Source of the DNA: an uncultured delta proteobacterium
GTDB taxonomy: Bacteria > Desulfobacterota > Desulfuromonadia > Geobacterales > DSM-12255
DNA length: 64,000 bases
Reading direction: 5' to 3'
NCBI GenBank assembly: GCA_963787125.1
Contig: CAWBBV010000001.1
Coordinates: 320,001-384,000, forward strand
The number at the start of each line of letters is the position of its first letter. Positions within the stretch are counted from its first letter, which is position 1. Made by a program: the position numbers and the translations under genes. Shown here in pieces: positions 31,308 through 40,774 of the stretch. Under the pieces are notes generated by a model, which was given only the letters and a program-made list of their open reading frames with translations, did not search any database and was not told the DNA's origin.

Positions 31308-32777
31308 TTAAAATTTCACTTCAAAGGTTGCATAGATATCCTGTGCATTTTTGAGTGGAGCCAAGTACTGCATATTCGCAGCGGTCAATTCGGAAATTTT
31401 TGTCGGTGAGCCTACCCAGTTGTTGCTGTTGGTGTACTGGAAGTCATAGTACTGATAGCCAAGCCGGAAGAATGCTTTGCTCAGGTGAGAAGAGATGGGT
31501 GTCAGTTTCAACTCCTGGATCAGGTAGGCTTCATATACGCTGCCTCTGGTTCCCAGCTTGGTGGTCCACATATCATCGGCAGCCGGATCAAAGGGGATCC
31601 AGTTTTTTGAACCGTAGTTATATTCCAAACCTAATTTCGTGCCGGTTGCAGTGAAGTCATAACGTCCGCCAAGATAGGCACTATAACCAGTTTTGTCATC
31701 AGCAGCCCCGGGGCCGGTATTAAAGTCGCCAGTCAGAAGTCCGAAAGGTGATCCGGGAGAAACATTACCGTTCGGGTGGGTTACACTCATGCCGGAACTG
31801 GCGAAGAGGTTGAGATTGCCGGGCCCGACTTTCTTAAGTGTGCTAAGAACACCCATTCCGTACCAGTCAATCTCTCCAAGCTGGGCTTTGACATTGTTAG
31901 GATTGTCGAAGATGTTGAAGCCGCGGTTCCATTGTAAATCGATTCGGAGCGGATCGGTGTCAATGGGAACAATGGCAATCCCAAGCATGTCAGTGTCTCT
32001 CATGTTGTTTTTTGTGTCAAAGCCGGCTTCAAAACCTCGCCCGTAGCATATTTTCCCGTAAGCACCAGGCAAGGCATCGATGTCCGGCGCATAACCGAGA
32101 ACCATCCCATCGAAGGCATAATCAACCAGCAGTCCGGGAACCCCGCCATTCCCCGGGCCTTCATTGTTTTGGCGAAGGTGGGTGGGAGACCCTCCGGTAG
32201 AAGGACGTCGGCCCACTGAAAACCAGACAGGCTGGTCACCGATATTGCTCCAGGTGGCAAAGGCCTGGTCGACGCGCAGCGTATTGTCACTTGGTACGTG
32301 ACCGATGGAGCCGTCCATAATGGAGCTACGATCGGCGAAAAAACCGGCATTGGTCGCATCGGCGTTCTGGTTACCCGTTGTTTTGTACATCAGAAAGCGA
32401 GTTGTGACGGTTACATCCTTGGTTGCCTTTGCCTTTAAGTTAAGTCCAAAGCGATTGGTCATCAGGTCATCGTTTTTGGTCGTATAGCCGGCGGTGGGTG
32501 CGCCGAAATAGGTAGGAGCGACTCCGGTAAACGGCGTATGTGCAGCTACTTCGCCTTTCATGGAATCTATTCTGAAGCGGTAGTCGCCACTAATGGTGAG
32601 CCATTTGCCGAGGGACTTGTCGTCAACCTTCTTCACCTGTCCTTTCAGCAGCTCAACCTCTTTTACCAGCTGATCGACCTTTTTCTGCAGATCTTCGTCT
32701 GCGGCATGTGCTGCAAGCGGCAGCGCGAGCCCTGCTAATAATGCTGATGTTGCCAGAGTCAAAAACGGTTTTTTCAT
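31308..32777 (-). CDS. outer-membrane beta-barrel protein (DUF3373-like)
   Basis: Signal peptide, coiled-coil start, ISGDYRFR, SVGRRPST, C-terminal YATFEVKF beta-signal. Confidence 0.8.
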   Translation of the reverse strand: MKKPFLTLATSALLAGLALPLAAHAADEDLQKKVDQLVKEVELLKGQVKKVDDKSLGKWLTISGDYRFRIDSMKGEVAAHTPFTGVAPTYFGAPTAGYTTKNDDLMTNRFGLNLKAKATKDVTVTTRFLMYKTTGNQNADATNAGFFADRSSIMDGSIGHVPSDNTLRVDQAFATWSNIGDQPVWFSVGRRPSTGGSPTHLRQNNEGPGNGGVPGLLVDYAFDGMVLGYAPDIDALPGAYGKICYGRGFEAGFDTKNNMRDTDMLGIAIVPIDTDPLRIDLQWNRGFNIFDNPNNVKAQLGEIDWYGMGVLSTLKKVGPGNLNLFASSGMSVTHPNGNVSPGSPFGLLTGDFNTGPGAADDKTGYSAYLGGRYDFTATGTKLGLEYNYGSKNWIPFDPAADDMWTTKLGTRGSVYEAYLIQELKLTPISSHLSKAFFRLGYQYYDFQYTNSNNWVGSPTKISELTAANMQYLAPLKNAQDIYATFEVKF

Positions 32778-32963
32778 ACATAGCTCCTTTTCACTGAATG
32801 TTTGTTATCTGGCCGATTATTACAGCCATTTAACGTAAGTTGCTTTAAATCAGAAAACCTGGTTTCCCCCCTTGTGGTAAGTGCTAACTGGCTGAATACC
32901 GACCATTAATGCTGATATTCAATTATAATGAGAATGCAATATGAGGATATAGTGTTTATTGAA

Positions 32964-32979
32964 TGCAATTGAGGTGCCA
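32964..32979 (-). promoter_or_regulatory. sigma54 (-24/-12) promoter
   Basis: Minus strand TGGCACCTCAATTGCA: GG-N10-GC with TGGCAC and TTGCA consensus. Confidence 0.75.
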
Positions 32980-33026
32980 CAGAAGATTAGAAGCTGATTG
33001 AGGCGGTGGAATGGTTATGTGAAAAG

Positions 33027-33055
33027 AAAAAAGCCGACCCACGGAGGGACGGCTT
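33027..33055 (-). terminator. intrinsic terminator of rimO
   Basis: AAGCCG..CGGCTT hairpin with T-tract on the minus strand. Confidence 0.55.
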
Positions 33056-33085
33056 ATAACAAAGCTGATGCGTATGCGAGAAAGG

Positions 33086-34426
33086 CTATTCCTCCACAAT
33101 TTCTCCGATCAGGTCATAATCAGAAGAATCAGTTATCTTCAGTTTGACGATATCGCCGACATTCGCCTGACCGGCGGTGATGTAGACCATGCCGTCGATA
33201 TCCGGCGCCTGCCGTGATGATCGCCCTTTCAGCAGCAGATCGCTCTCTTCGCTGATCCCTTCGACAATGACCTCTTCGACCGTATCCATGAGGCGGCGAT
33301 TGCGCTTGAAAGAGAGCCGCGCCTGCAGTTGCATCAGTTTTTTGTAGCGCTCCCGTTTGACCCTTTCAGTGATTTGGTCGGGCATCTCTGCTGCTGGTGT
33401 ACCCTCTTCCCTGGAATAACAGAACACCCCGAGACGGTCGAACTGAGTCTCTTCGACAAAGTGGCAGAGCTTTTTGAAATCCTCATCAGTCTCCCCCGGA
33501 AAGCCGACAATCAGCGAGGTGCGCAGGGCGATATCAGGGATTTCGCTGCGGAGCCTGGTGACCAAAGTTCTAATCTGACTCTCCGAGCTGCGGCGATTCA
33601 TGCGGGTCAGCACCGGATCACTGATGTGCTGGAGCGGAATATCGAGATATTTACAGATCTTCTCCTCGTTTTTTATCAAGCGGATCACGCCGTCGGTAAT
33701 GCCGTCAGGGTAGGAGTAAAGCAGTCGTATCCAGCGGAGACCGGCAATCTGCACCAGCTCTTGCAGCAGGGTTTCCAGATTAACTTCACCGGGAAGGTCG
33801 CTGCCGTAAACCGTAATGTCTTGAGCGATAAGGTTAAGCTCTTTGACGCCGCCGCCCACAAGGCGGCGCGCTTCCTCCAGGACAAGATTCAAGGGACGGG
33901 AGCGAAACTTGCCCCGCAGTGAGGGGATGACGCAGTAGGTGCAGCAGTTGGAGCAGCCTTCGGCAATTTTCAGATACGAGTAGTAGCGGGGCGACGACTG
34001 CATCCGGGGCATCTCGGTGTCATAAAGATAATCAGGGTCGCCGATATAGCGGACTTGTCCTTCTATGCCTCGTTTCTCGGCAATAATCTCGGCAATTTTG
34101 GGGTAATCGCCGGTGCCGACAAATATGTCAACTTCCGGGAGTTCTTTGGCGAGCTCTTCCTGATAGCGCTGGGGCAGACAGCCGGTAACGACCAGAAGCT
34201 TGCATTTTGCATCATGTTTTCTGTCGGCAAGGTCAAGGATTGTGTCGATGCTCTCCTGCTTTGCCTCTTTGATAAAAGAGCAGGTATTGACGATAATGAT
34301 GTCAGCTTCATGCTCATTGGTGGTGACTTCGTAACCTTCCTTGCCGAGATAGCCAAGCATGACTTCGGCATCAACAAGATTTTTCGGACAGCCAAGGCTG
34401 ACCATATTAATTTTTTCTTTTGTCAC
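33086..34426 (-). CDS. rimO: ribosomal protein S12 methylthiotransferase RimO
   Basis: [43 protein letters not shown] (TRAM). Confidence 0.95.
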   Translation of the reverse strand: MTKEKINMVSLGCPKNLVDAEVMLGYLGKEGYEVTTNEHEADIIIVNTCSFIKEAKQESIDTILDLADRKHDAKCKLLVVTGCLPQRYQEELAKELPEVDIFVGTGDYPKIAEIIAEKRGIEGQVRYIGDPDYLYDTEMPRMQSSPRYYSYLKIAEGCSNCCTYCVIPSLRGKFRSRPLNLVLEEARRLVGGGVKELNLIAQDITVYGSDLPGEVNLETLLQELVQIAGLRWIRLLYSYPDGITDGVIRLIKNEEKICKYLDIPLQHISDPVLTRMNRRSSESQIRTLVTRLRSEIPDIALRTSLIVGFPGETDEDFKKLCHFVEETQFDRLGVFCYSREEGTPAAEMPDQITERVKRERYKKLMQLQARLSFKRNRRLMDTVEEVIVEGISEESDLLLKGRSSRQAPDIDGMVYITAGQANVGDIVKLKITDSSDYDLIGEIVEE

Positions 34427-34607
34427 AGGGGGTTAACCTCTCTTTATAACTAAGTTCAGAATGTAGCAGGCAGTGGAAGAGATACCCGAAATGCCGAAAA
34501 CAGGCAAGAAGATATTGCTGCTATGGGTAAAGGTACAGCAGGGAAGAGTTTGACATCTAGACTGTATTCGTTATGCTTTTAGAATTAATTATCAGGAGAT
34601 GATATTG

Positions 34608-34907
34608 ATGCGACGCAGGTCAACTATGCAGATAACCCTTGTTTTGATAGGGGCAATGACTTTGGGGGCATGCGGCACCAAGGAGCAGCGCTCGCTTTAT
34701 AAAAACAGACAAGACTGCCTGGATGACTGGGGTGGCAATGAAAAGGATTGTCAGGAGCCTCGCTCCGGCTCGCCGCACTACCGGACAGGTTACTACTATG
34801 GGCCGGGTACTGCCGGAAGAACACTGACACGTTCCGTGGGTATGGCAACGGTTTCCCGTGGCGGGTTTGGTTCTTCCGGCCACTTTCATGGCTTTTTCGG
34901 TGGCTAG
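34608..34907 (+). CDS. YgiB/DUF1190-like lipoprotein
   Basis: Lipobox LGAC, Y..RQDC..C, C-terminal SRGGFG; upstream of the ygiC-like gene. Confidence 0.75.
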   Translation: MRRRSTMQITLVLIGAMTLGACGTKEQRSLYKNRQDCLDDWGGNEKDCQEPRSGSPHYRTGYYYGPGTAGRTLTRSVGMATVSRGGFGSSGHFHGFFGG

Positions 34908-34910
34908 GGG

Positions 34911-36041
34911 ATGATCCGCCGCGCCCTGGAGCCTCGCATCGATTGGCAGGCAAAAGTCGAAGCGGCAGGAATGAGCTATCATACAATTGATGGCGCTGTC
35001 TATTGGGATGAATCCGCCTGTTACCGTTTTACTGCTGCTGAGATTGACGAACTTGAAAGTTCGTCCGCCACTCTTTATGATCTCTGCTGCCAGGCAGCAG
35101 AAGTAGTCATTCGCACCAATCGCTTTGCCGAATTGGGCATCCCGGAGCAATTCAGAGCGTATATTGTCAATTCATGGGAAACGGATGAACCTTCGCTTTA
35201 CGGGCGATTCGACCTTTGCTATGACGGCGCGCAGCCGCCAAAGATGCTGGAATTCAACGCCGACACCCCGACAGCACTGCTGGAAGCGGCTGTCGTGCAG
35301 TGGTTCTGGCTGCAGGAGCGTTTCCCTTCAGCCGACCAGTTCAACTCCATCCATGAAAAGCTGCTGTCATCCTGGCGCAGTTGGCCGGACAGTCCGGAAA
35401 TGCTTCATTTTGCCTCTGCAGCCGAATCACAGGAGGATCTGGGCAATCTGGAGTATCTGCGGGACACTGCGCTGCAGGCAGGTTTGACGACGCGCCGGCT
35501 TTTTATCGAAGAGATCGGCTGGGACTCAGCCAAAAGACAGTTCGTCGATAAAGAGAACGAACCGATTCGAACACTTTTCAAGCTCTACCCCTGGGAGTGG
35601 CTGCTGCAGGAGCAGTTTGGCCCCTTGTTGCCAGCGAGCGGGATGAGGATGATTGAGCCGGCCTGGAAGCTGATCATGAGCTGCAAGGGGATTTTACCGC
35701 TGCTCTGGGAACTTTTCCCGGAGCACCCCAATCTGCTCCCCGCGTATTTTGACGCAGCGAAACTGTCCGGTGACCGGGTGGTGAAGCCGCTCTATTCTAG
35801 GGAAGGGAGCAATGTGCAGCTCATCAGGGGGGGCGAGATCATCGCTTCGGGGGGGACGTATGGCCGTGAAGCGATGATTTGCCAGCAGTATCAGTCGCTC
35901 CCCTGCTTTGACGGCAATTACCCGGTAATCGGTTCCTGGATCATTGGCGGCGAGTCTGCCGGAATCGGTATTCGCGAGGATCAGAGCGAAATTACCTCCA
36001 ATACCAGTCGTTTCATCCCGCACTATTTTACGGAGGATTAG
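34911..36041 (+). CDS. glutathionylspermidine-synthase-family ATP-grasp ligase (YgiC/YjfC-like)
   Basis: YWDE, YGRFDL, LEFNADTPT, FKLYPWEW, KPLYSREG, GIGIRED, SRFIPH. Confidence 0.92.
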   Translation: MIRRALEPRIDWQAKVEAAGMSYHTIDGAVYWDESACYRFTAAEIDELESSSATLYDLCCQAAEVVIRTNRFAELGIPEQFRAYIVNSWETDEPSLYGRFDLCYDGAQPPKMLEFNADTPTALLEAAVVQWFWLQERFPSADQFNSIHEKLLSSWRSWPDSPEMLHFASAAESQEDLGNLEYLRDTALQAGLTTRRLFIEEIGWDSAKRQFVDKENEPIRTLFKLYPWEWLLQEQFGPLLPASGMRMIEPAWKLIMSCKGILPLLWELFPEHPNLLPAYFDAAKLSGDRVVKPLYSREGSNVQLIRGGEIIASGGTYGREAMICQQYQSLPCFDGNYPVIGSWIIGGESAGIGIREDQSEITSNTSRFIPHYFTED

Positions 36042-36042
36042 C

Positions 36043-36459
36043 ATGGAAACACTTACTATTACCGATTCTCTGGTTGGACTTGGCAGCTTTCTGGGCTACT
36101 TTTTGGCAGCGATTCTGCTTTTAGCTCTCTTTTCAATGGTTTACGGTCGGGTCACCCCTTATTCCGAATACCGCCTGATCAAAGAAGGAAAAGTCGCTCC
36201 CTCCATCAGCTTCGTCGGGGCCCTGCTCGGCTTTATTGCACCACTGGCCAGCGCCATTACTCACAGTGTTGCCCTGCTGGACATGGTTCTCTGGGCGCTG
36301 GTGGCGCTGGTGGTCCAGATCGGAGTATTTCTGTCGCTGCGAATGCTCTTTGCAGACCTTTGCAAGCAGATTGCCGCTGACTCTGTCTCTGCAGCGATTC
36401 TGCTTGGTGGCGTCTCCTTTGCTGTCGGGATTCTCAATGCCGCCTGCATGAGTTATTGA
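36043..36459 (+). CDS. DUF350 (YjfL-like) membrane protein
   Basis: Four TM segments, VTPYSEY, GILNAACMSY. Confidence 0.85.
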   Translation: METLTITDSLVGLGSFLGYFLAAILLLALFSMVYGRVTPYSEYRLIKEGKVAPSISFVGALLGFIAPLASAITHSVALLDMVLWALVALVVQIGVFLSLRMLFADLCKQIAADSVSAAILLGGVSFAVGILNAACMSY

Positions 36460-36560
36460 AAACTGTTGCCGGGGGGGTGACAGCGCTGTCCGGAATGATT
36501 AGATTCACCAAGCCCAGATAATAACTTCTAACTTACTAAGCAATTTTTAACGGAGGAAAC

Positions 36561-37145
36561 ATGAAACGCGCGATACTTCTCGTACTCACAATTATGGGCT
36601 TAAGCCTGCTTGGCGGCTGCGGTTACAACAGTATGCAGGCAGCGGAAGAGGCGGTATTTGCCGCCTGGGGTGATGTGGAGGCGTCCTACCAGCGGCGGGC
36701 AGATCTTATTCCCAATCTGGTAGAAGTGGTCAAAGGGTATGCCAAGCATGAAGCCGACACCCTGACGGCTGTCACCGAAGCTCGGGCCAAGGTCGGTTCA
36801 ATGCAGGTTTCAAAGGATCTCATCAACAATCCCCAGGCTCTGGAAAAGTTTCAGCAGGCGCAGAGCCAGCTTTCCGGCGCGCTCTCCAAACTGATGGTGG
36901 TAGTGGAACGCTACCCGGATCTGAAGGCCAACCAGAATTTCCTCGATCTGCAAAATCAACTGGAGGGGACGGAAAACCGGATCAATGTCGCCCGGGTGCG
37001 TTACAATAAATCAGTTCAGGATTTCAACACGAGCATCAGAACCTTTCCCAACAGCATGACCAACTCGCTGCTGCTGCATCTGAGCCGCAAAGAGCCGTTC
37101 AAGGCTGACGAAGGGGCTAAAGTTGCGCCCAAAGTCAAGTTTTAG
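36561..37145 (+). CDS. lemA: LemA family protein
   Basis: GCGYN, YQRRADLIPNLV, ERYPDLKAN, LEGTENRI. Confidence 0.93.
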   Translation: MKRAILLVLTIMGLSLLGGCGYNSMQAAEEAVFAAWGDVEASYQRRADLIPNLVEVVKGYAKHEADTLTAVTEARAKVGSMQVSKDLINNPQALEKFQQAQSQLSGALSKLMVVVERYPDLKANQNFLDLQNQLEGTENRINVARVRYNKSVQDFNTSIRTFPNSMTNSLLLHLSRKEPFKADEGAKVAPKVKF

Positions 37146-37153
37146 AGGACTGC

Positions 37154-38008
37154 ATGCGATTTGCCCTTATCTTGGTCCTCTCTATGACGCTTGCCATTCA
37201 AGCTCTGGCAGCAGATTTGCCCCTGCTTAAAGGGCATGTCAACGATTATGCGGGGATGCTTTCTCCGGGTAGGGCCGCCGCGCTTGAGCAGCAGCTCGGC
37301 AGTTTTGAAAGCAGCGACTCCACCCAGATTGTTGTTCTCACCGTTCAAAACCTTGGCGGCGAACCTATTGAAACGTTTTCGATCAAAATAGCTGAGGCCT
37401 GGAAGATCGGGCAGCAAGGGGTTGATAACGGGGTACTACTGATTGTCGCCAAAGACGAGCGCAAGGTGCGGATTGAGGTAGGGCGGGGACTTGAAGGGAA
37501 GCTGACCGATCTGGTTTCCGGGAGGATAATCCGGGCAGAGATTGCGCCGAAGTTTAAAAGCGGTGATTTTGACGGCGGGATTGCTGCCGGGGTAACCGCG
37601 ATTGCAGCGGTCGTCAAGGGGGAATACAAGGCATCTCCCCGTGATCTTCATCAAGGGAAAAAAGGGGTGCCACCCCTTTACACGCTGTTAGTCTTTTTGG
37701 CTGTTGCCGTCGTATTCTTAAGCTCTTTCTCGAAATATCTCGCCGGAGCAGCCGGCGCGGTCGGTCTGCCGCTCGTTGCCTGGCTGACCTTTCCGGGGCT
37801 GGCACTGGCATTTATTGCCGCAACGGCAGTCGGCGGGTTTTTCCTTGGGCTGCTGCTCGCTTTTCTGTTCGGTGGCGGCGGCGGTGGTGGCTATTTCGGC
37901 GGGCCGTTCATTGGTGGCGGCTCGTATGGTGGCGGTGGCGGCGATTCAGGGGGGTTTTCCGGCGGTGGCGGCGACTTTGGTGGCGGCGGTGCCAGCGGTG
38001 ATTGGTGA
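37154..38008 (+). CDS. TPM-domain (DUF477/YgcG-like) membrane protein with Gly-rich tail
   Basis: VNDYAGML, DNGVLL, RIEVGRGLEG, C-terminal GGGGDFGGGGASGDW. Confidence 0.9.
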   Translation: MRFALILVLSMTLAIQALAADLPLLKGHVNDYAGMLSPGRAAALEQQLGSFESSDSTQIVVLTVQNLGGEPIETFSIKIAEAWKIGQQGVDNGVLLIVAKDERKVRIEVGRGLEGKLTDLVSGRIIRAEIAPKFKSGDFDGGIAAGVTAIAAVVKGEYKASPRDLHQGKKGVPPLYTLLVFLAVAVVFLSSFSKYLAGAAGAVGLPLVAWLTFPGLALAFIAATAVGGFFLGLLLAFLFGGGGGGGYFGGPFIGGGSYGGGGGDSGGFSGGGGDFGGGGASGDW

Positions 38009-38023
38009 AGCGGTGGGAGAGCT

Positions 38024-38665
38024 ATGAAGAAGATGGCAGCTGAAGAGTTTTTTACCCCTTTAGAGCAGGAGCAGATCCGTAAAGCTGTTGCACGTGCCGA
38101 GGGGGCAACAGCAGGAGAGATCGTCACCATGGTGGTCGCACAGAGCGATAGTTACCGTGAGGCCGTGACCCTTGGCGCGGTGCTCGGCGCGGCCATGCTG
38201 GCGTTACTGATAGCCATAGCCAGCCGTCACGTCACCATCTGGTCGTATCTCCCCCTGACCATTATTCTTTACCTGCCGATCAAACGGCTTATCACCACTG
38301 TTCCTCTTCTCCGGAGACCGTTCATTACCAGTCAACGGCTCAATGAAGCGGTACAAGAGCGGGCTGTCAGGGCGTTTTACGAAAAAGGGCTTTACCGCAC
38401 CAGGAATGAAACCGGCATCTTGCTGTTTATCTCGATTTTCGAGCGCAAGGTCTGGATTCTCGGCGACCGGGGGATAAACGCACGGATACCGCCGGAAACA
38501 TGGCAGCAGCTGGTGCAGATTCTTACGGAAGGGATCAAGGCAGGCTGCGCCTGCGAAGCTCTCTGCAAAGTCATCGGCCTCTGCGGAGAAGAGCTGTCAC
38601 TGCATTTCCCCAGAATAGGTGATGATATCAATGAACTTCAGGATGAGATCCTGACAGGACGCTAG
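38024..38665 (+). CDS. second TPM-domain membrane protein
   Basis: AEGATAGEIV, TGILLFIS, ILGDRGIN, DINEL. Confidence 0.85.
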   Translation: MKKMAAEEFFTPLEQEQIRKAVARAEGATAGEIVTMVVAQSDSYREAVTLGAVLGAAMLALLIAIASRHVTIWSYLPLTIILYLPIKRLITTVPLLRRPFITSQRLNEAVQERAVRAFYEKGLYRTRNETGILLFISIFERKVWILGDRGINARIPPETWQQLVQILTEGIKAGCACEALCKVIGLCGEELSLHFPRIGDDINELQDEILTGR

Positions 38666-38667
38666 CA

Positions 38668-39105
38668 ATGCCTCTCTCCACCTCTGCGCTTACCATCGAA
38701 TGGCTCCGGCCCGAGCTTGCCGTCGAAGAGTGGGAATTCAGCCACCACCCTGCAAAACAGCCATTTTACCTGCAGCATGCAATTGATTGGGGAAAGATCT
38801 CTGCAGCCTTCAGTGACGGCCGGTTAGCGCCATACCCGCGCAGCGGCGAACTGGCCGGGATGCCGGTTCGTCTTGCCCATCACAGCTTTGAGGATTATGC
38901 CCGCTATCTTGCCAAGGCCAAGCGCGGCTACCGCCTCAACTACAGCAAAATGGAAAATGAGTTGCAACTGCAAGGCAAGCTCACCCTGCCTGCCCCGATT
39001 ATCATTGCGGTTAACGGCGAAGCGCTCCTTTTTTCCGGTTACCGCCGCCTTTGTCTTGCCTGGAACTACGGCATGACGCCTTATGTATGGCTGGTTAATC
39101 TGTGA
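38668..39105 (+). CDS. hypothetical protein with ParB/Srx-like motif
   Basis: PAPIII..NG..LFSGYRRL..G..P.VW; starts 2 bp after the TPM gene. Confidence 0.6.
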   Translation: MPLSTSALTIEWLRPELAVEEWEFSHHPAKQPFYLQHAIDWGKISAAFSDGRLAPYPRSGELAGMPVRLAHHSFEDYARYLAKAKRGYRLNYSKMENELQLQGKLTLPAPIIIAVNGEALLFSGYRRLCLAWNYGMTPYVWLVNL

Positions 39106-39186
39106 ACGCAGCTGGTGACAACGTTACTGAATGTTATCTGCTGTAGCTAACAGTTGCTGCGGATCTGCTGAAACTGTCATAACCAG

Positions 39187-40326
39187 TTACACAAACTCCT
39201 GCATGACCAGGTTTGCCAGCAGCAGCCCCTTTGCCGTCAGCCGCAGTTTTGCACCTTCGGCAGCCAGCAGGCCTCTTGCACAGAGTCTGGCGACGACTTC
39301 AGGAAAGACATCTTCCACCTTTATATCGAACTGCCTTTCAAATTCGTTCCCGTCAACCCCCTCCAGCAACCTTAGTCCGAGAAACATAAACTCTGCCATG
39401 GCATCGCTGCGGGATAGCGTCTGCTCATTACCTGGCAGTTCGTTACTTTTTACCGCTGTCGCATACACCGCAAGAGCGGCAGGATTTTCCATTCTTTGGC
39501 CATACCCGGGACTGTTCACAAAAGAGTGGGCGCCGGCGCCGAAGCCAAAATAGTTGCCTCTTTGCCAGTAAACCTGATTGTGGCGGGAGCGATAGCCGGG
39601 CAGGGCGAAATTTGAGATCTCGTAATGCTCATAACCGGCGCTGCGAAAAAATTCGGCGGTCAGCTCGAACATGGCAACAGCCTGCTCTTCCTCCGGAAGC
39701 GGGAGTTCGCCTTTTGCAGCCATCGCCGCAAAACGGGTACCATCCTCCACTGACAGACCGTAAGCTGAAATATGTTCAGGTCCCAGAGCTGCTGCTCCGT
39801 TAAGAGTATCCTTCCAATCCTGCAGTGTCTGCCCCGGAAGGCCGTGAATCAGATCGATACCGATATTATTGAATCCGGCGCGGCGGGCAAGTTTGAACGC
39901 GTCTTTTGCCTCTGTGGCTGAATGGATCCGCCCGAGAAGGGCCAGTTGACGGTCATCCAGAGATTGAACCCCTAGAGAGAGTCTGTTTACCCCGCCTGCC
40001 AGATAGCCACGCAACGATTCCAGCGTCAGTGTGCCGGGATTTGCTTCCAAAGTAACTTCTGCATTTACTTCAACAGTATAACAGTCGCGGATCGTTGCGA
40101 TCAGTTCGGCAACCTGCGCGGGGCCTAGAAGCGAAGGGGTTCCACCGCCGAAATAAATTGTTGGTACCGCTGCCGGCGTACAGAGTTCAGCTCTCTGCCG
40201 CAACTCACTCCGGAGAAGTTCGACATAGCTGTTAAGATCGATGTCAGGATTGTCAAATGAGTTGAAATCGCAGTAGCTGCATTTGTGCAGGCAAAAGGGG
40301 ATATGGAGATAAAGTGATGTTCTCAC
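39187..40326 (-). CDS. hemW: radical SAM heme chaperone HemW (HemN-like)
   Basis: LYLHIPFCLHKCSYCDF, YFGGGTPS, EANP, HYEISNF, SRHNQVYW. Confidence 0.9.
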   Translation of the reverse strand: MRTSLYLHIPFCLHKCSYCDFNSFDNPDIDLNSYVELLRSELRQRAELCTPAAVPTIYFGGGTPSLLGPAQVAELIATIRDCYTVEVNAEVTLEANPGTLTLESLRGYLAGGVNRLSLGVQSLDDRQLALLGRIHSATEAKDAFKLARRAGFNNIGIDLIHGLPGQTLQDWKDTLNGAAALGPEHISAYGLSVEDGTRFAAMAAKGELPLPEEEQAVAMFELTAEFFRSAGYEHYEISNFALPGYRSRHNQVYWQRGNYFGFGAGAHSFVNSPGYGQRMENPAALAVYATAVKSNELPGNEQTLSRSDAMAEFMFLGLRLLEGVDGNEFERQFDIKVEDVFPEVVARLCARGLLAAEGAKLRLTAKGLLLANLVMQEFV

Positions 40327-40679
40327 GGCTGCTTGAGAAGCAGCAAAAGCATTACGGCTGCAGCAAAAAGCAGACAGCCACTGCCGACCTTGAACAGCAG
40401 GAGGCGACCGCTCAGGGCCGAAATGGTTTCTTCCAGGGAGGCGTTTTTAGCAACTAGGCTACGGATCAGATCATCCTGTTCAAGGAGGAGTTTTTCCAGC
40501 CGGGAGACTCTTTCCTGAAGTTCATGCTCGACAACTGTTTCACTACTGCGCTCTTCCTGCTGCTGAAAGCGCTCTTTGGCCTTTGCATAAAGATCCGGGG
40601 CATACTCCATTGCTGCTGTTGCAATCTTGTGCCACGGCACATTTTTCAGAACGGCACCCAGAATTGAACTGATTCCCAT
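40323..40679 (-). CDS. hypothetical coiled-coil protein with C-terminal TM
   Basis: Overlaps the hemW start; heptad-rich middle; hydrophobic C-terminus. Confidence 0.65.
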   Translation of the reverse strand: MGISSILGAVLKNVPWHKIATAAMEYAPDLYAKAKERFQQQEERSSETVVEHELQERVSRLEKLLLEQDDLIRSLVAKNASLEETISALSGRLLLFKVGSGCLLFAAAVMLLLLLKQP

Positions 40680-40774
40680 TTTTGATCTCCCTTGTTACGT
40701 ATGTGCAACCGCTTGAAAAAAGGTTGCAATTACTTTATAAGTTGAGCTGCTGTTACGTCACCAGGAGGGTTTCC

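Noticed and set aside
39187..40326. Coproporphyrinogen dehydrogenase HemN
   Set aside because: Short length, no N-terminal extension and the HNxxYW motif indicate HemW
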